This document shows positions 7,757 to 18,178 of a stretch of 32,239 nucleotides of DNA, piece by piece (position 1 is the stretch's first letter; each line of letters starts with the position of its first letter). The stretch spans positions 1 through 32,239 of the forward strand of contig JBJHAY010000001.1 of the NCBI GenBank assembly GCA_050485205.1. Reading direction: 5' to 3'. Below the pieces are notes generated by a model. That model saw nothing but the letters and a program-made list of their open reading frames with translations, was not told the origin of the DNA and did not search any database. Position numbers and translations under genes: made by a program. Origin of the DNA: Gammaproteobacteria bacterium (GTDB lineage: Bacteria > Pseudomonadota > Gammaproteobacteria > Pseudomonadales > Pseudohongiellaceae).

Positions 7757-9964
7757 ATGGAACCGATGAATAAGGCCTTGCTGCCGCAAGCGGTGATCGA
7801 GGATGTCGTGAATGGTGCCCACCAGGATGTATTCGCCGTGCTGGGCATGCATGAGCGGGAGCCTGGATGTCAGCAGGTAAATGTATTCCTGCCGGGTGCG
7901 GTCGAGGTGGTGGTGTTGTCGGCTTCCGGCAAGACCAGCCTGGGCGATCTGAGCATGCTGCATAAGGATGGCCTGTTTTCCGGGCTGATCTCCCGCGCCA
8001 AGCCTGGGCCCTACTCTCTGCGGGTGCGCTATCCCTTGCTGGTCTGTGTCAAGGATGATCCCTACCGCTTTCCTTCCTTGTTGTCCGAGATGGACTGCTA
8101 CCTGTTCTGCAATGGCACCCAGGAGCGGGCCTACCACTTTCTTGGTGCCAACCACAGGGTTTGCGATGGCGTGGAAGGTGTGCTGTTTGCCGTTTGGGCC
8201 CCCAATGCCCGGCGTGTCTCAGTGGTTGGTGACTTCAATCACTGGGATGGCCGTGTTCATGTCATGCGCAAGCATCCTACCTCCGGCATCTGGGAGATAT
8301 TTGTCCCCGGCGTGAATTCCGGGGAAAACTACAAGTTCGAGATCCAGGCCGCCGACGGCACCTTGCTGCCACTCAAGTCAGACCCCTATGCCAAACGCAT
8401 GCAACTGCGGCCTGAGAGCGCTTCCATCGTGCCGTCCAAAACTGCCTACCAATGGCAGGATCAGGCATGGATGAGCGCCCGAGCCAAGGCCAGCCACCAC
8501 CAGGCCGCCATCAGCATCTATGAGGTGCATCTGGGTTCCTGGCGCAGACAAGTGGAGGAGGGTGGGCGTTTTTTGAGTTACCGGGAACTGGCCGAACAGG
8601 TGATTGCCTATGCCAGGGACATGGGCTTTACCCACTTGCAATTGATGCCGGTCAGCGAGTATCCATTCGATGGCTCCTGGGGTTACCAGCCCTTGGGCTT
8701 GTTTGCGCCCACCAGCCGTTTTGGTGAGCCGGATGACCTCAGGTATTTCATTGATCATGCCCATCAGGCGGGGATAGGCATCCTTCTGGATTGGGTACCG
8801 GCACACTTCCCTGGGGATGCCCACGGGCTTGCCTGCTTCGATGGCACTCATCTTTATGAACACGCCGATCCCCGCAAGGGCTTCCACCCGGATTGGAGCA
8901 CCTGCATCTTCAATTACGGCCGCGCCGAAGTAGTGAGCTACCTGATCAGCAATGCTCTGTATTGGCTGGAAGAATTTCATGCCGACGGCCTGCGTTTTGA
9001 TGCCGTGGCTTCCATGCTGTATCTGGATTACAGCAGAAATCATGGAGAGTGGATTCCCAATCACCACGGCGGCAGGGAAAATCTGGAAGCGGTGGATTTG
9101 CTGCGCAACATCAACAATCGAGCCTACTTCAATTATCCAGGCATCATGATGGTGGCGGAGGAATCAACTGCTTGGCCAGGCGTGACCGACTTTACCGAAC
9201 GCGGCGGACTGGGCTTTGGTTTCAAGTGGAATCTGGGGTGGATGAACGACAGTCTCAGTTACATGTCACGGGACCCGGTCCACAGAAAATACCATCACAA
9301 TGAATTGACCTTCGGCCTGCTCTATGCCTTCAGCGAAAACTTCATTCTTCCCCTGAGTCATGACGAAGTGGTGCATGGCAAGCGCTCCCTGCTGGAAAAA
9401 ATGCCGGGGGACGAGTGGCGTCAGTTCGCGAATCTCCGAGCTTATCTCGCTTTCATGTGGACACATCCTGGCAAGAAACTCTTGTTCATGGGGGGTGAGA
9501 TTGCCCAGCGCGCGGAGTGGAATCATGATGCCAGCCTGGACTGGCATCTGTTGGCGGATCCGCGCCACAGAGGCATTCAAAACCTGGTGCGCGATCTCAA
9601 TCGTCTCTATCGCGCCACGCCCGCCCTATATGATACGGATACCAGCCATGATGGATTTCAGTGGGTGGAGGCCGACAATCATGCCTGGTCGGTGTTTGTG
9701 TTCCTGCGCCAGTCAGCGCATGGGGGCTCGCAGGTGCTGGCAGTGGTTAACATGACACCCGAGGTGCACCATGGTTTCAGGATCGGAGTGCCGGGGCCGG
9801 GTTTCTACCGCGAATCCCTCAACACCAATGCCGAGGAATATGCAGGTTCTGGGCTGGGTAACTTTGGCGGCGTGGTGGCGGAACGAGTACGCAGCCATGG
9901 CCATGAATGGTCGATCAATATTTTGGTGCCGCCGTTATCGGCATTGATTTTCGTTCAGGAGTGA
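7757..9964 (+). CDS. glgB: 1,4-alpha-glucan branching enzyme
   Basis: 735-aa ORF with GH13 branching-enzyme hallmarks (WGYQPLGLFAPTSRFG, DGLRFDAVASMLYLDY, MMVAEESTAWPGVT, ILPLSHDEVVHGK). Length matches GlgB. Confidence 0.95.
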   Translation: MEPMNKALLPQAVIEDVVNGAHQDVFAVLGMHEREPGCQQVNVFLPGAVEVVVLSASGKTSLGDLSMLHKDGLFSGLISRAKPGPYSLRVRYPLLVCVKDDPYRFPSLLSEMDCYLFCNGTQERAYHFLGANHRVCDGVEGVLFAVWAPNARRVSVVGDFNHWDGRVHVMRKHPTSGIWEIFVPGVNSGENYKFEIQAADGTLLPLKSDPYAKRMQLRPESASIVPSKTAYQWQDQAWMSARAKASHHQAAISIYEVHLGSWRRQVEEGGRFLSYRELAEQVIAYARDMGFTHLQLMPVSEYPFDGSWGYQPLGLFAPTSRFGEPDDLRYFIDHAHQAGIGILLDWVPAHFPGDAHGLACFDGTHLYEHADPRKGFHPDWSTCIFNYGRAEVVSYLISNALYWLEEFHADGLRFDAVASMLYLDYSRNHGEWIPNHHGGRENLEAVDLLRNINNRAYFNYPGIMMVAEESTAWPGVTDFTERGGLGFGFKWNLGWMNDSLSYMSRDPVHRKYHHNELTFGLLYAFSENFILPLSHDEVVHGKRSLLEKMPGDEWRQFANLRAYLAFMWTHPGKKLLFMGGEIAQRAEWNHDASLDWHLLADPRHRGIQNLVRDLNRLYRATPALYDTDTSHDGFQWVEADNHAWSVFVFLRQSAHGGSQVLAVVNMTPEVHHGFRIGVPGPGFYRESLNTNAEEYAGSGLGNFGGVVAERVRSHGHEWSINILVPPLSALIFVQE

Positions 9965-9999
9965 GATGATGAAACGCAAGGTTGCGGTGGAGCTGTTTG

Positions 10000-12138
10000 A
10001 TGAGTGAGGCAGTACTGGAACCTGGCTATCTGAGTCCCCAGGGGGCTCACTGGGATGGCAAGGGCATCAACTTCGCCCTGTTCTCCGCCCACGCGGAAAA
10101 GGTGGAGCTCTGTCTGTTCAGTGATGATGGCAAGCGTGAATTGCGCAGATTGCTTCTGCCCGAACTGACCAACCAGGTCTGGCATGGCTACTTGCCCGGT
10201 GCCGGTCCTGGCACGGTCTATGGGTACCGGGTATATGGCCCTTACCAGCCGCACTTGGGACATCGCTTCAATCACCACAAGCTGCTGCTGGATCCTTATG
10301 CCAGACAATTGGTGGGCAGGTTCGACTGGTCTGAGCTGCACTATGCCTATCAATATGGAGCCGAGGAAGCGGACTTGAGCTTTGATGCCCGCGATAATGC
10401 CGCGCTCATGCCCAAGTGTGTGGTGGTGGAAGATGGCCCCGCCATGATCCTCAGGCGCAACCGGGTACCGAAAGCGCAAACGGTGATCTATGAAGCCCAT
10501 ATCAAGGGCTTTACCAAGCTGCATCCGGGAGTGCCGGAATCAGAGCGCGGCACTTTCAAGGGCATGGGCCATGCCAGTGTGATTCAATATCTCAAGGCAT
10601 TGGGAGTTACCAGCCTTGAGTTAATGCCGGCCCAGGGCTTTCTCAGTGAGCATTTTCTGGTGGAAAAGGGTTTGAGCAACTATTGGGGTTATAACACCCT
10701 GACCTTCTTTGCACCCCACCAGGCCTATCTGCATGGCAATGATATCCGGGAGTTCCGGGCCATGGTGGACGCACTGCACGATGCCGACATCGAAGTAATT
10801 CTGGATGTTGTGTTCAATCACACCGCCGAAGGCGGGCGGTTGGGGCCCACCTTCAGTTTTCGTGGCATCGATAATCTTGTCTACTACCGTCTGCAATCGG
10901 AGAACAAGCGCTTCTACATCAATGACACTGGCTGTGGCAACACCATCAACATCACCCATCCCCAGGTTGTGAAGATGATCATGGATAGCCTCCGTTACTG
11001 GGCCTGTGTAATGGGCGTCGATGGCTTCAGGTTTGACTTGGCGCCAGTGCTTGGACGTGAGTTCCATGGCTTCGATACCTGCAATGGTTTCTTTGATGCC
11101 TTGAATCAGGACCCCACGTTGGATTCGGTAAAGTTCATTGCCGAGCCGTGGGATATCGGCCCTGGAGGCTATCAGCTGGGCAATTTCCCTCCGGGCTGGA
11201 GCGAGTGGAATGATCGTTATAGAGATACTGTTCGCCGCTTCTGGCGTGGTGATGCAGGTGTGTTGCCTGATTTTGCCAGGCGCATACACGGTTCCAGCGA
11301 TATCTTCGAACATTCTGGCAGAAGGCCCTCGGCCAGCATCAATTTCATCACCAGCCATGATGGCTTTACGCTCAATGACCTGGTCAGCTACCGTGAACGT
11401 CACAACCAGATGAACATGGAAGAGAATCGCGATGGCCACAGTGAAAACTACAGTGACAATTATGGCGTGGAAGGGCCGACCCTGATCACTGAAATCAAGG
11501 AGATCCGTGAACGCCAACGCAAGAATCTGCTGGCCACCCTGCTGGTGTCCCAGGGGACGCCGATGTTGCTGGCTGGCGACGAGTTTGGCAGAAGTCAGTC
11601 CGGCAACAACAATGCCTACTGTCAGGACAACTCCACCAGTTGGCTGGACTGGTCTCTTCTTGATCAAGAAGAAGGAAGTAATTTACAGGCTTTCCTCAAA
11701 CACTTGTTGAAGCTCAAGAAGTTGATGCCAGAGCTGAATCAGGACTTTTATATTCATGAACCGATGAAGCATGGTGATCCGGCGATTCTTTGGTTCAACC
11801 CAGGGGGCGAGATGATGCAGTCCAGCCATTGGTCCCAGTATCATTTGAAGACCCTTGGTTATCTCCTGCGCGCCTACAGCAAGGATAATGGGCGTGGCAA
11901 GACTTTCTTTACTATCTTTCATGCCGGAAATGAGCCGGTGGAATTTTTCCTGCCATTCCGGGACAACATCAGCGAATGGACTTTGTTGTTTAACACCGCC
12001 CTGCCTGATGGCATTCCAACCATGAATCAATCCATGGTCAAGGACAAGCTCGTGGTGGCTCCCTACTCAGCCTTGATGCTGACCGCGGAGCCCGCTGCTG
12101 ACAGGCATTCATCTGCTGCAATGGAGGATTTGTTATGA
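10000..12138 (+). CDS. glgX: Glycogen debranching enzyme (isoamylase-type)
   Basis: GAHWDGKGINFALFSAHAEKVELCLF N-terminus, YWGYNTLTFFAPH, DVVFNHTAEG, DGFRFDLA, FIAEPWD and ITSHDGFTLNDLVSY are typical of GlgX. The ATG at 10000 (MSEAVLEPG) is preferred over the TTG at 9982. Confidence 0.93.
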   Translation: MSEAVLEPGYLSPQGAHWDGKGINFALFSAHAEKVELCLFSDDGKRELRRLLLPELTNQVWHGYLPGAGPGTVYGYRVYGPYQPHLGHRFNHHKLLLDPYARQLVGRFDWSELHYAYQYGAEEADLSFDARDNAALMPKCVVVEDGPAMILRRNRVPKAQTVIYEAHIKGFTKLHPGVPESERGTFKGMGHASVIQYLKALGVTSLELMPAQGFLSEHFLVEKGLSNYWGYNTLTFFAPHQAYLHGNDIREFRAMVDALHDADIEVILDVVFNHTAEGGRLGPTFSFRGIDNLVYYRLQSENKRFYINDTGCGNTINITHPQVVKMIMDSLRYWACVMGVDGFRFDLAPVLGREFHGFDTCNGFFDALNQDPTLDSVKFIAEPWDIGPGGYQLGNFPPGWSEWNDRYRDTVRRFWRGDAGVLPDFARRIHGSSDIFEHSGRRPSASINFITSHDGFTLNDLVSYRERHNQMNMEENRDGHSENYSDNYGVEGPTLITEIKEIRERQRKNLLATLLVSQGTPMLLAGDEFGRSQSGNNNAYCQDNSTSWLDWSLLDQEEGSNLQAFLKHLLKLKKLMPELNQDFYIHEPMKHGDPAILWFNPGGEMMQSSHWSQYHLKTLGYLLRAYSKDNGRGKTFFTIFHAGNEPVEFFLPFRDNISEWTLLFNTALPDGIPTMNQSMVKDKLVVAPYSALMLTAEPAADRHSSAAMEDLL

Positions 12139-14609
12139 CCGCTGGCAAGGAAAAAACCTTTGTTGATCGCCATCCCTGGCTGGGCATGGATACCAGAACG
12201 GTCAAGAAGGACGTGGCCAGGCATTATCATCTGACCTTGGGTAGAGGGCAGGCCAATAATCCCGAGCGCTATCTCTACAATGCCACGGCACTGACTATTC
12301 GCGATCGCCTGGTTGAGCGCTGGAGCCAAACCCGTGACAGGTATCAGCAACAATCACCCAAGCGGGTGGCATATTTGTCGCTTGAGTTCCTGATGGGGCG
12401 GGCCTTGCACAATGCGGTATTGAATCTTGATGTGGGCAATGCCACCACCCAGGCACTGAAGGAATTCGGTTGCGCCCTGGAGGAAATCTGTGATTACGAA
12501 AGCGATCCAGGTCTCGGCAACGGTGGTCTCGGGCGTCTGGCAGCGTGTTTTCTCGACAGTTGCGCGACCTTGAAATATCCGGTCACCGGCTATGGCATAC
12601 GCTATGACTATGGCATCTTTCGCCAGCAAATCCGCGATGGCTACCAGATAGAGGTTCCTGATCACTGGTTGGAAGGGGGCAGCCCCTGGGAGTTGATTTC
12701 CCACGAAAATGCCAAGGTCGTGAAGTTTGGCGGCCATACCGAAGTGTACCAAGATGCCAATGGCAGCGAGCGCAGCCGTTGGCTCGGTACCCTGGATGTG
12801 AAAGCGATTCCTCACGATGTGCCGGTGCCTGGATTTCGCAACGACAATGTGATCACGCTGCGGCTCTGGAAAGCGGAATCCGCCGATGTTTTCAATCTGC
12901 ACCACTTCAATTCCGGGTATTTCGACCAGGCCATGGCGGCACAGAACGAGGCCGCGCAAATTTCCATGGTGCTCTATCCCAATGATGTCAGTGTCAATGG
13001 CAAGGTACTGCGATTGCGGCAGCAGTATTTTCTGTCCTCGGCCAGTTTGCAGGATGTGATCCATCGCTGGCTGAAGACCCATGACAACAGCTTTGAAGGT
13101 TTTTCGGCAAAAAACTGCTTCCAACTGAATGATACTCACCCAGCCGTCGCGGTGCCGGAATTGATGCGCTTGCTGATGGATGATCATGGCATGGACTGGG
13201 ACCAAGCCTGGTCAATCACTACCAGCAGCATGGCCTATACCAACCACACCTTGTTGCCCGAGGCCCTGGAGCGTTGGCCCGTGCACTTGTTTGGACAGTT
13301 GCTGCCGCGCCTGCTGGAAATCATCTATGAAATCAATCATCGTTTCCTGCGGCAGGTGGCGGAACGATGGCCGGGGGATGTTGGCAAGCTGCGTGACATG
13401 TCGATCATAGAAGAAGGGCCCGAAAAGCAGATCAGGATGGCCTACCTGGCAATTGTCGGTAGTTTTTCCGTCAATGGCGTCGCGGCCTTGCATACGGCCT
13501 TGTTGCGTCAAGGGCTGTTCAGGGATTTCTATGCCCTGTGGCCTGAACGCTTTATCAACAAGACCAATGGCGTGACTCCAAGAAGGTGGTTGTTATTTTG
13601 CAATCCCGGCTTGCGCGGCCTGATCAGCAATACCATTGGAGATGGCTGGGAAACAGATTTCGGGCTGATATCCAATTTGAAGGCCCATGTAGAGGATGCT
13701 GGCTTCAGACGCAAGTGGCGTCAGGTCAGGGATCAGAACAAGCAGCGCCTGGCGGCATTCATTGAAGATGCCACCGGTGTGGCATTGAATTGTGAGATGA
13801 TGTTTGATGTCCAAGTTAAACGGATTCATGAATACAAACGGCAGTTACTTAACGCCCTGCATGTGATTCACCTCTACGATCGCATCCTCAAGGGCGATAC
13901 CGAGGGTTTCACGCCCAGGGCGGTAATAGTTGGTGGCAAGGCTGCTCCTGGTTACATGATGGCCAAGCTGATCATTAAATTGATCAACAATCTGGCGCGG
14001 GTGATCAATCAGGATAGCCGGGCAGAGTCATTGCTCAAGGTGGTATTCCTGCCCAATTACCGGGTGACGGCAATGGAGAGAATATGTCCTGGCACTGATT
14101 TGTCGGAGCAGATATCCACCGCCGGCAAGGAAGCTTCCGGTACCGGCAATATGAAGTTCATGATGAATGGCGCCATCACCATCGGTACCCTGGATGGAGC
14201 CAATATTGAAATACTGGAAGCGGTCGGCAAGGAAAATTTCTTCTTGTTCGGATTGGATGCGGCCCAGGTGGAGGAAACCCGGCTTGACTATGATCCTAAT
14301 GCCCTCATCGCGGCGGATGCGAGATTGCGCAGAGTGATGGAGATGCTGGAGGGTGATCTGTTCTGCAAGGATGAACCAGGTATTTTCCAAGCCTTGGCTG
14401 CCAGTATCCGTGACAATGGGGATCCCTGGTTGACCGCGGCTGATTTCGCGGCCTTTGTTGAGGTGCAGCAACAGGCAGCGACAGCATTTTTGGATAAGGA
14501 GCAATGGACTCGCATGAGCATCATGAATACCGCGAGCAGTGCTTATTTTTCCAGTGACAGAACGATCCGCGAGTATGCCAGTGAGATTTGGCGACTGGAT
14601 GAGATTTGA
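12135..14609 (+). CDS. glgP: Glycogen/maltodextrin phosphorylase (GT35)
   Basis: 824-aa ORF. Motifs YLSLEFLMGR, GLGNGGLGRLAACFLDS, the NGVTPRRW region, HEYKRQLLN, and the pyridoxal-phosphate lysine region EASGTGNMKFMMNGA. The ATG overlaps the glgX stop (ATGA). Confidence 0.96.
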   Translation: MTAGKEKTFVDRHPWLGMDTRTVKKDVARHYHLTLGRGQANNPERYLYNATALTIRDRLVERWSQTRDRYQQQSPKRVAYLSLEFLMGRALHNAVLNLDVGNATTQALKEFGCALEEICDYESDPGLGNGGLGRLAACFLDSCATLKYPVTGYGIRYDYGIFRQQIRDGYQIEVPDHWLEGGSPWELISHENAKVVKFGGHTEVYQDANGSERSRWLGTLDVKAIPHDVPVPGFRNDNVITLRLWKAESADVFNLHHFNSGYFDQAMAAQNEAAQISMVLYPNDVSVNGKVLRLRQQYFLSSASLQDVIHRWLKTHDNSFEGFSAKNCFQLNDTHPAVAVPELMRLLMDDHGMDWDQAWSITTSSMAYTNHTLLPEALERWPVHLFGQLLPRLLEIIYEINHRFLRQVAERWPGDVGKLRDMSIIEEGPEKQIRMAYLAIVGSFSVNGVAALHTALLRQGLFRDFYALWPERFINKTNGVTPRRWLLFCNPGLRGLISNTIGDGWETDFGLISNLKAHVEDAGFRRKWRQVRDQNKQRLAAFIEDATGVALNCEMMFDVQVKRIHEYKRQLLNALHVIHLYDRILKGDTEGFTPRAVIVGGKAAPGYMMAKLIIKLINNLARVINQDSRAESLLKVVFLPNYRVTAMERICPGTDLSEQISTAGKEASGTGNMKFMMNGAITIGTLDGANIEILEAVGKENFFLFGLDAAQVEETRLDYDPNALIAADARLRRVMEMLEGDLFCKDEPGIFQALAASIRDNGDPWLTAADFAAFVEVQQQAATAFLDKEQWTRMSIMNTASSAYFSSDRTIREYASEIWRLDEI

Positions 14610-14654
14610 TTATTGACCCGGCACCATCATGTGCCAATTTTGCGGAGAAACTCC

Positions 14655-15929
14655 ATGTACTACCCTGGTTCGCGTCATATCAGCAAGCTGACTCGCGATA
14701 CCTATGCCATCATTCTGGCTGGTGGCAAGGGCAGCCGGCTTTATGAATTGACCGAGTGGAGGGCCAAGCCAGCCCTCTATTTCGGCGGTAAGTTCCGCAT
14801 CATCGATTTTCCCCTTTCGAACTGCATCAATTCCGGGATTCGACGGGTTGGCGTGGTGACCCAGTACAAGGCCCACTCGCTGATCAAGCACCTGGTACGG
14901 GGCTGGGGCCACTTCAAGAAGGAGTTGGGAGAGGGGATTGAGATACTGCCCGCGTCACAACGCTTTTCCGAAAACTGGTACCTGGGCACGGCCGATGCGG
15001 TGTATCAGAATATCGACATCATCAGGGGTGAGATACCGGCCAATGTGATGGTACTTTCCGGTGATCATGTCTACCGCCAGGACTACGGCGACATGCTGGC
15101 ATTCCACAGTGAGTGTGATGCGGAAATGACGATTTCCTGTTTTCAGGTGCCAATTGAGGAAGCCGCTGGCGCCTATGGGGTGATGGAAGTGGATGAGAAT
15201 TACCGGGTGATTGGTTTTGCGGAGAAGCCCGCCAACCCCTGCCAGATTCCAGGCAAACCCGGTTTTTGTCTGGCATCCATGGGTAACTACATATTCAACA
15301 GTGAGTTTCTGTTTGACCAGTTGCGCGATGATTCCAGAAATCATGAATCCCATCATGATTTTGGCAAGGACATCATTCCCTCCATCATCAAGGATCACAA
15401 AGTTTACGCCTACAGTTTTGCCGATCCCGCCAAGGATACCAAGGCTTACTGGAAGGACGTGGGTACACTGGATGCCTTCTGGCGCGCCAATATCGAACTT
15501 GCGGAACCAGTGCCGGCGCTCAATCTTTATGATCATCGCTGGCCTATCTGGACTTTCCAGGAGCAGTTGCCGCCGGCCAAGTTCGTCTTCAATGACAATG
15601 ATCGGCGCGGCTATGCGGTGGACTCTCTGGTTTCAGGAGGATGCATCATTTCCGGATCGAAAGTCGAAAGGTCAATTCTGTTCAATAATGTGCGCAGCAA
15701 TTCATATTCAACCATAGAAGAATCCGTGGTACTGCCAGAGGTCAACATCGGCAGGCATTGTCGGATTCGCAAGGCAATCCTGGATCGTGGCTGCAACATT
15801 CCCGCCGGAATGGAAATCGGATATGACCGCGAGGTGGATGTAGCCAACGGCTTCAGAGTGACCGATGGCGGTGTCACGCTTGTTACCCGTGCCATGCTGG
15901 GCCAGAAAGTGGGCACCATCAGCGGATGA
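14655..15929 (+). CDS. glgC: Glucose-1-phosphate adenylyltransferase
   Basis: [54 protein letters not shown] closely parallels the E. coli GlgC N-terminus. The ATG at 14655 with upstream GGAGA is preferred over 14613. Confidence 0.95.
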   Translation: MYYPGSRHISKLTRDTYAIILAGGKGSRLYELTEWRAKPALYFGGKFRIIDFPLSNCINSGIRRVGVVTQYKAHSLIKHLVRGWGHFKKELGEGIEILPASQRFSENWYLGTADAVYQNIDIIRGEIPANVMVLSGDHVYRQDYGDMLAFHSECDAEMTISCFQVPIEEAAGAYGVMEVDENYRVIGFAEKPANPCQIPGKPGFCLASMGNYIFNSEFLFDQLRDDSRNHESHHDFGKDIIPSIIKDHKVYAYSFADPAKDTKAYWKDVGTLDAFWRANIELAEPVPALNLYDHRWPIWTFQEQLPPAKFVFNDNDRRGYAVDSLVSGGCIISGSKVERSILFNNVRSNSYSTIEESVVLPEVNIGRHCRIRKAILDRGCNIPAGMEIGYDREVDVANGFRVTDGGVTLVTRAMLGQKVGTISG

Positions 15930-17494
15930 AGTCTTCTATGCACATTCTGATGGTGGCGGCGGAAAATGGCGCATTGCCTGGCGGCAAAGTGGGGGGGATC
16001 GGCGATGTGATCCGGGATGCACCCATTGCCTTGGCCAAGGCAGGGCATAGGGTCACAGTGGTGACACCGGGATATGGCAGCCTTTCGGCGCTGCCTGAAG
16101 TCAGTATGCGCAATACCATGACAGTGGAGTTCTGCCGGCATCTGGAAGAGTTGGCGCTTTTGGAAATCAAGCCAGCGTCCGAGCAGCTAGGTGTGACGCA
16201 CTTGTTGCTGGAAAATGCCTTGTTTGCAGCCTGTGGCATTGGCAGTATCTACTGTGATGATGAGTGGGGGCCATTTTCGACGGATGCGCACAAGTTTGCA
16301 TTATTCTGCCTTGGGGTTTGCCATGCGATTGTGACGGGTGCCATTGAGCGCCCGGATGTGATTCACTTGCATGACTGGCATGCCGCACTCCTGCTGTTTC
16401 TGCGTCGCCATCATCCTGCCTACAAAGCTCTGCGCTCGTTGAGAGTGGTATACACAATTCATAATCTTTCGCTCCAGGGTGTCAGGCCATTCCAAAACAA
16501 TGGGTCTTCATTGGAAGACTGGTTTGCTCTCAGTGATTATGATCCCGCGCTGATTGCTGATCCCAGAACCCCAAGCTGCGTGAACATGATGCGCATGGGA
16601 ATCAACCTGGCGGACAAGGTACATGTGGTTTCCCCAACCTATGCCAGGGAAATATTGCAGCCCAGCAATCCAAGGCAGGGTTTCGTCGGTGGCGAGGGCC
16701 TGGAAGCGGATTTGCAAAGAATCAGCCGGGGAAAGAAGCTGGTGGGGATTCTCAATGGCTGTGATTACGAAGGGTATCGGAGCGGCAAGCCCACTGCCAA
16801 GTCTTTCCTGTCGCTGGCCAATGACTGTCTTGGCCAGTGGGCAGGTAACCGTCATTCCGTAGCGGCGGCTCATTTCTTTGCACAGCGGCGGATCATGGCA
16901 TGGTCCTCGGGCAAGTGGCAGGCCAAAACCGTGGTGGCTTCCATCAACCGCCTGACCGGGCAGAAAGTCAGCCTGTTCGAAACCCAGGTCAGTCCGGGTG
17001 TTACCGCGCTTGACGCGGTACTGGAAAGCCTGGGCGAAAGTGTCTACATCATGACTGGCAGTGGTGATCCTCACTATGAGGATTTCATGACGACAGCAAT
17101 GGCCAGGCATGAAAATTTTCTGTTCATGCGTGGCTATTCGGAACCCTTGGCAGACAATCTCTATCGCTTTTGTGATTTGTTTCTGATGCCAAGTTCGTTT
17201 GAGCCCTGTGGTATCAGTCAGATGTTGGCGATGCGGGCTGGCAAGCCTTGTCTTGTGCACAAGGTGGGCGGCCTCAATGATACGGTAAGCCACAACCACA
17301 ATGGTTTCAGTTTCAGTGGCGCCAATCCCGTCGACCAGGCCCAGGCCATGGTGAAGTGTCTCGACAAGGCGCTGGACACTCGGCTACATCGTCAGGAGCA
17401 GTGGCGCCGCATCGCCCAGGCAGCCAGACAGACTCGTTTCCCCTGGGAGGACAGTGTGCGACGTTATGTGGATGAGTTGTACTGTGTGGATTGA
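15926..17494 (+). CDS. glgA: Glycogen synthase (GT5)
   Basis: 522-aa ORF. N-terminal KxGG motif ([10 protein letters not shown]). C-terminal [32 protein letters not shown]. The ATG overlaps the glgC stop (ATGA); an alternative ATG lies at 15938. Confidence 0.9.
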   Translation: MKSSMHILMVAAENGALPGGKVGGIGDVIRDAPIALAKAGHRVTVVTPGYGSLSALPEVSMRNTMTVEFCRHLEELALLEIKPASEQLGVTHLLLENALFAACGIGSIYCDDEWGPFSTDAHKFALFCLGVCHAIVTGAIERPDVIHLHDWHAALLLFLRRHHPAYKALRSLRVVYTIHNLSLQGVRPFQNNGSSLEDWFALSDYDPALIADPRTPSCVNMMRMGINLADKVHVVSPTYAREILQPSNPRQGFVGGEGLEADLQRISRGKKLVGILNGCDYEGYRSGKPTAKSFLSLANDCLGQWAGNRHSVAAAHFFAQRRIMAWSSGKWQAKTVVASINRLTGQKVSLFETQVSPGVTALDAVLESLGESVYIMTGSGDPHYEDFMTTAMARHENFLFMRGYSEPLADNLYRFCDLFLMPSSFEPCGISQMLAMRAGKPCLVHKVGGLNDTVSHNHNGFSFSGANPVDQAQAMVKCLDKALDTRLHRQEQWRRIAQAARQTRFPWEDSVRRYVDELYCVD

Positions 17495-17509
17495 GCGCCT
17501 GCTGACTTT

Positions 17510-18178
17510 CTATTCAAAATCATAGCCGCTGAGTTCGACGATGGCTTTTGCACGTCGGGTGATTTCTTTCCACTGTCTGTGTTCGATCAGATCCTTGGTT
17601 GCCAGCCATGAACCGCCGATGCATTCCACGTTGTGCAGGCGCAGATAGTCCATGGCATTGTCATGATCGATTCCACCCGTGGGGCAGAAGCGAATGTCGG
17701 GTAATGGACCGGCAATTGCCTTCAAGGCCTTGACGCCGCCATTGATTTCCGCGGGAAAGAATTTGAAATGGCTGTAGCCATATTCCATCCCCACAAGAAT
17801 TTCCGAGATTGTGGCAACGCCGGGAATCAGAGGCAATGCGCCCTTGGCGGCATTGCCGAGCAGGTTTGGGGTCAGGCCGGGGCTGATCAGAAAACGGGCG
17901 CCAGCCGTTGCCGAATCCCGCATATGGGTGGTGTTCAGCACTGTGCCCGCACCCACCATGGCCTGCGGCAGTCTGTGCGCCAGTTGTTCGATCACTGCCA
18001 GAGCGGCGGGGGTTCTGAGGGTGATTTCCAGAACATTGATGCCTCCTTCAAGTAAGGCCTCGGCCACGGGCAGCGCATCCTCCACCTTGTGAAATACCAG
18101 TACCGGCATGACAGGGCCCGTGCCGAGCACTTCTTGAGGAGTGAGCTGCCAGGAGACGGGGCGTTGTATCAGGGTCAT
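17510..18178 (-). CDS. eda: 2-dehydro-3-deoxy-6-phosphogluconate (KDPG) aldolase
   Basis: 222-aa ORF with a KDPG/KHG aldolase pattern (PVLVF.., GINVLEITLRTPAAL, GAGTVLN, FLISPG, PGVATISE.., FKFFPAE, FCPTGGI). The start overlaps the glk stop (ATGA). Confidence 0.93.
   Translation of the reverse strand: MTLIQRPVSWQLTPQEVLGTGPVMPVLVFHKVEDALPVAEALLEGGINVLEITLRTPAALAVIEQLAHRLPQAMVGAGTVLNTTHMRDSATAGARFLISPGLTPNLLGNAAKGALPLIPGVATISEILVGMEYGYSHFKFFPAEINGGVKALKAIAGPLPDIRFCPTGGIDHDNAMDYLRLHNVECIGGSWLATKDLIEHRQWKEITRRAKAIVELSGYDFE

Noticed and set aside
10621-11667. Long antisense ORFs opposite well-identified genes. Examples: 348 aa opposite glgX; also 12354-13205 opposite glgP, 16508-17299 opposite glgA, 8378-9067 opposite glgB, 1424-2176 and 1329-1973 opposite or within ileS, 7523-8155, 9955-10524 and 24267-24890.
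   Set aside because: Their translations are low-complexity and rich in Arg/Gly/Ala/Pro/His, with no recognisable family. The opposite strand encodes full-length proteins with clear family identity. Shadow ORFs of this kind are expected in GC-rich coding DNA.
15959-16010. GlgA N-terminal motif [10 protein letters not shown] differs from the E. coli KTGGLADV, which could indicate an unusual donor specificity.
   Set aside because: The essential KxGG signature is retained and the gene is translationally coupled to glgC (ADP-glucose supply). The deviation is within normal GT5 family variation and says nothing reliable about specificity.
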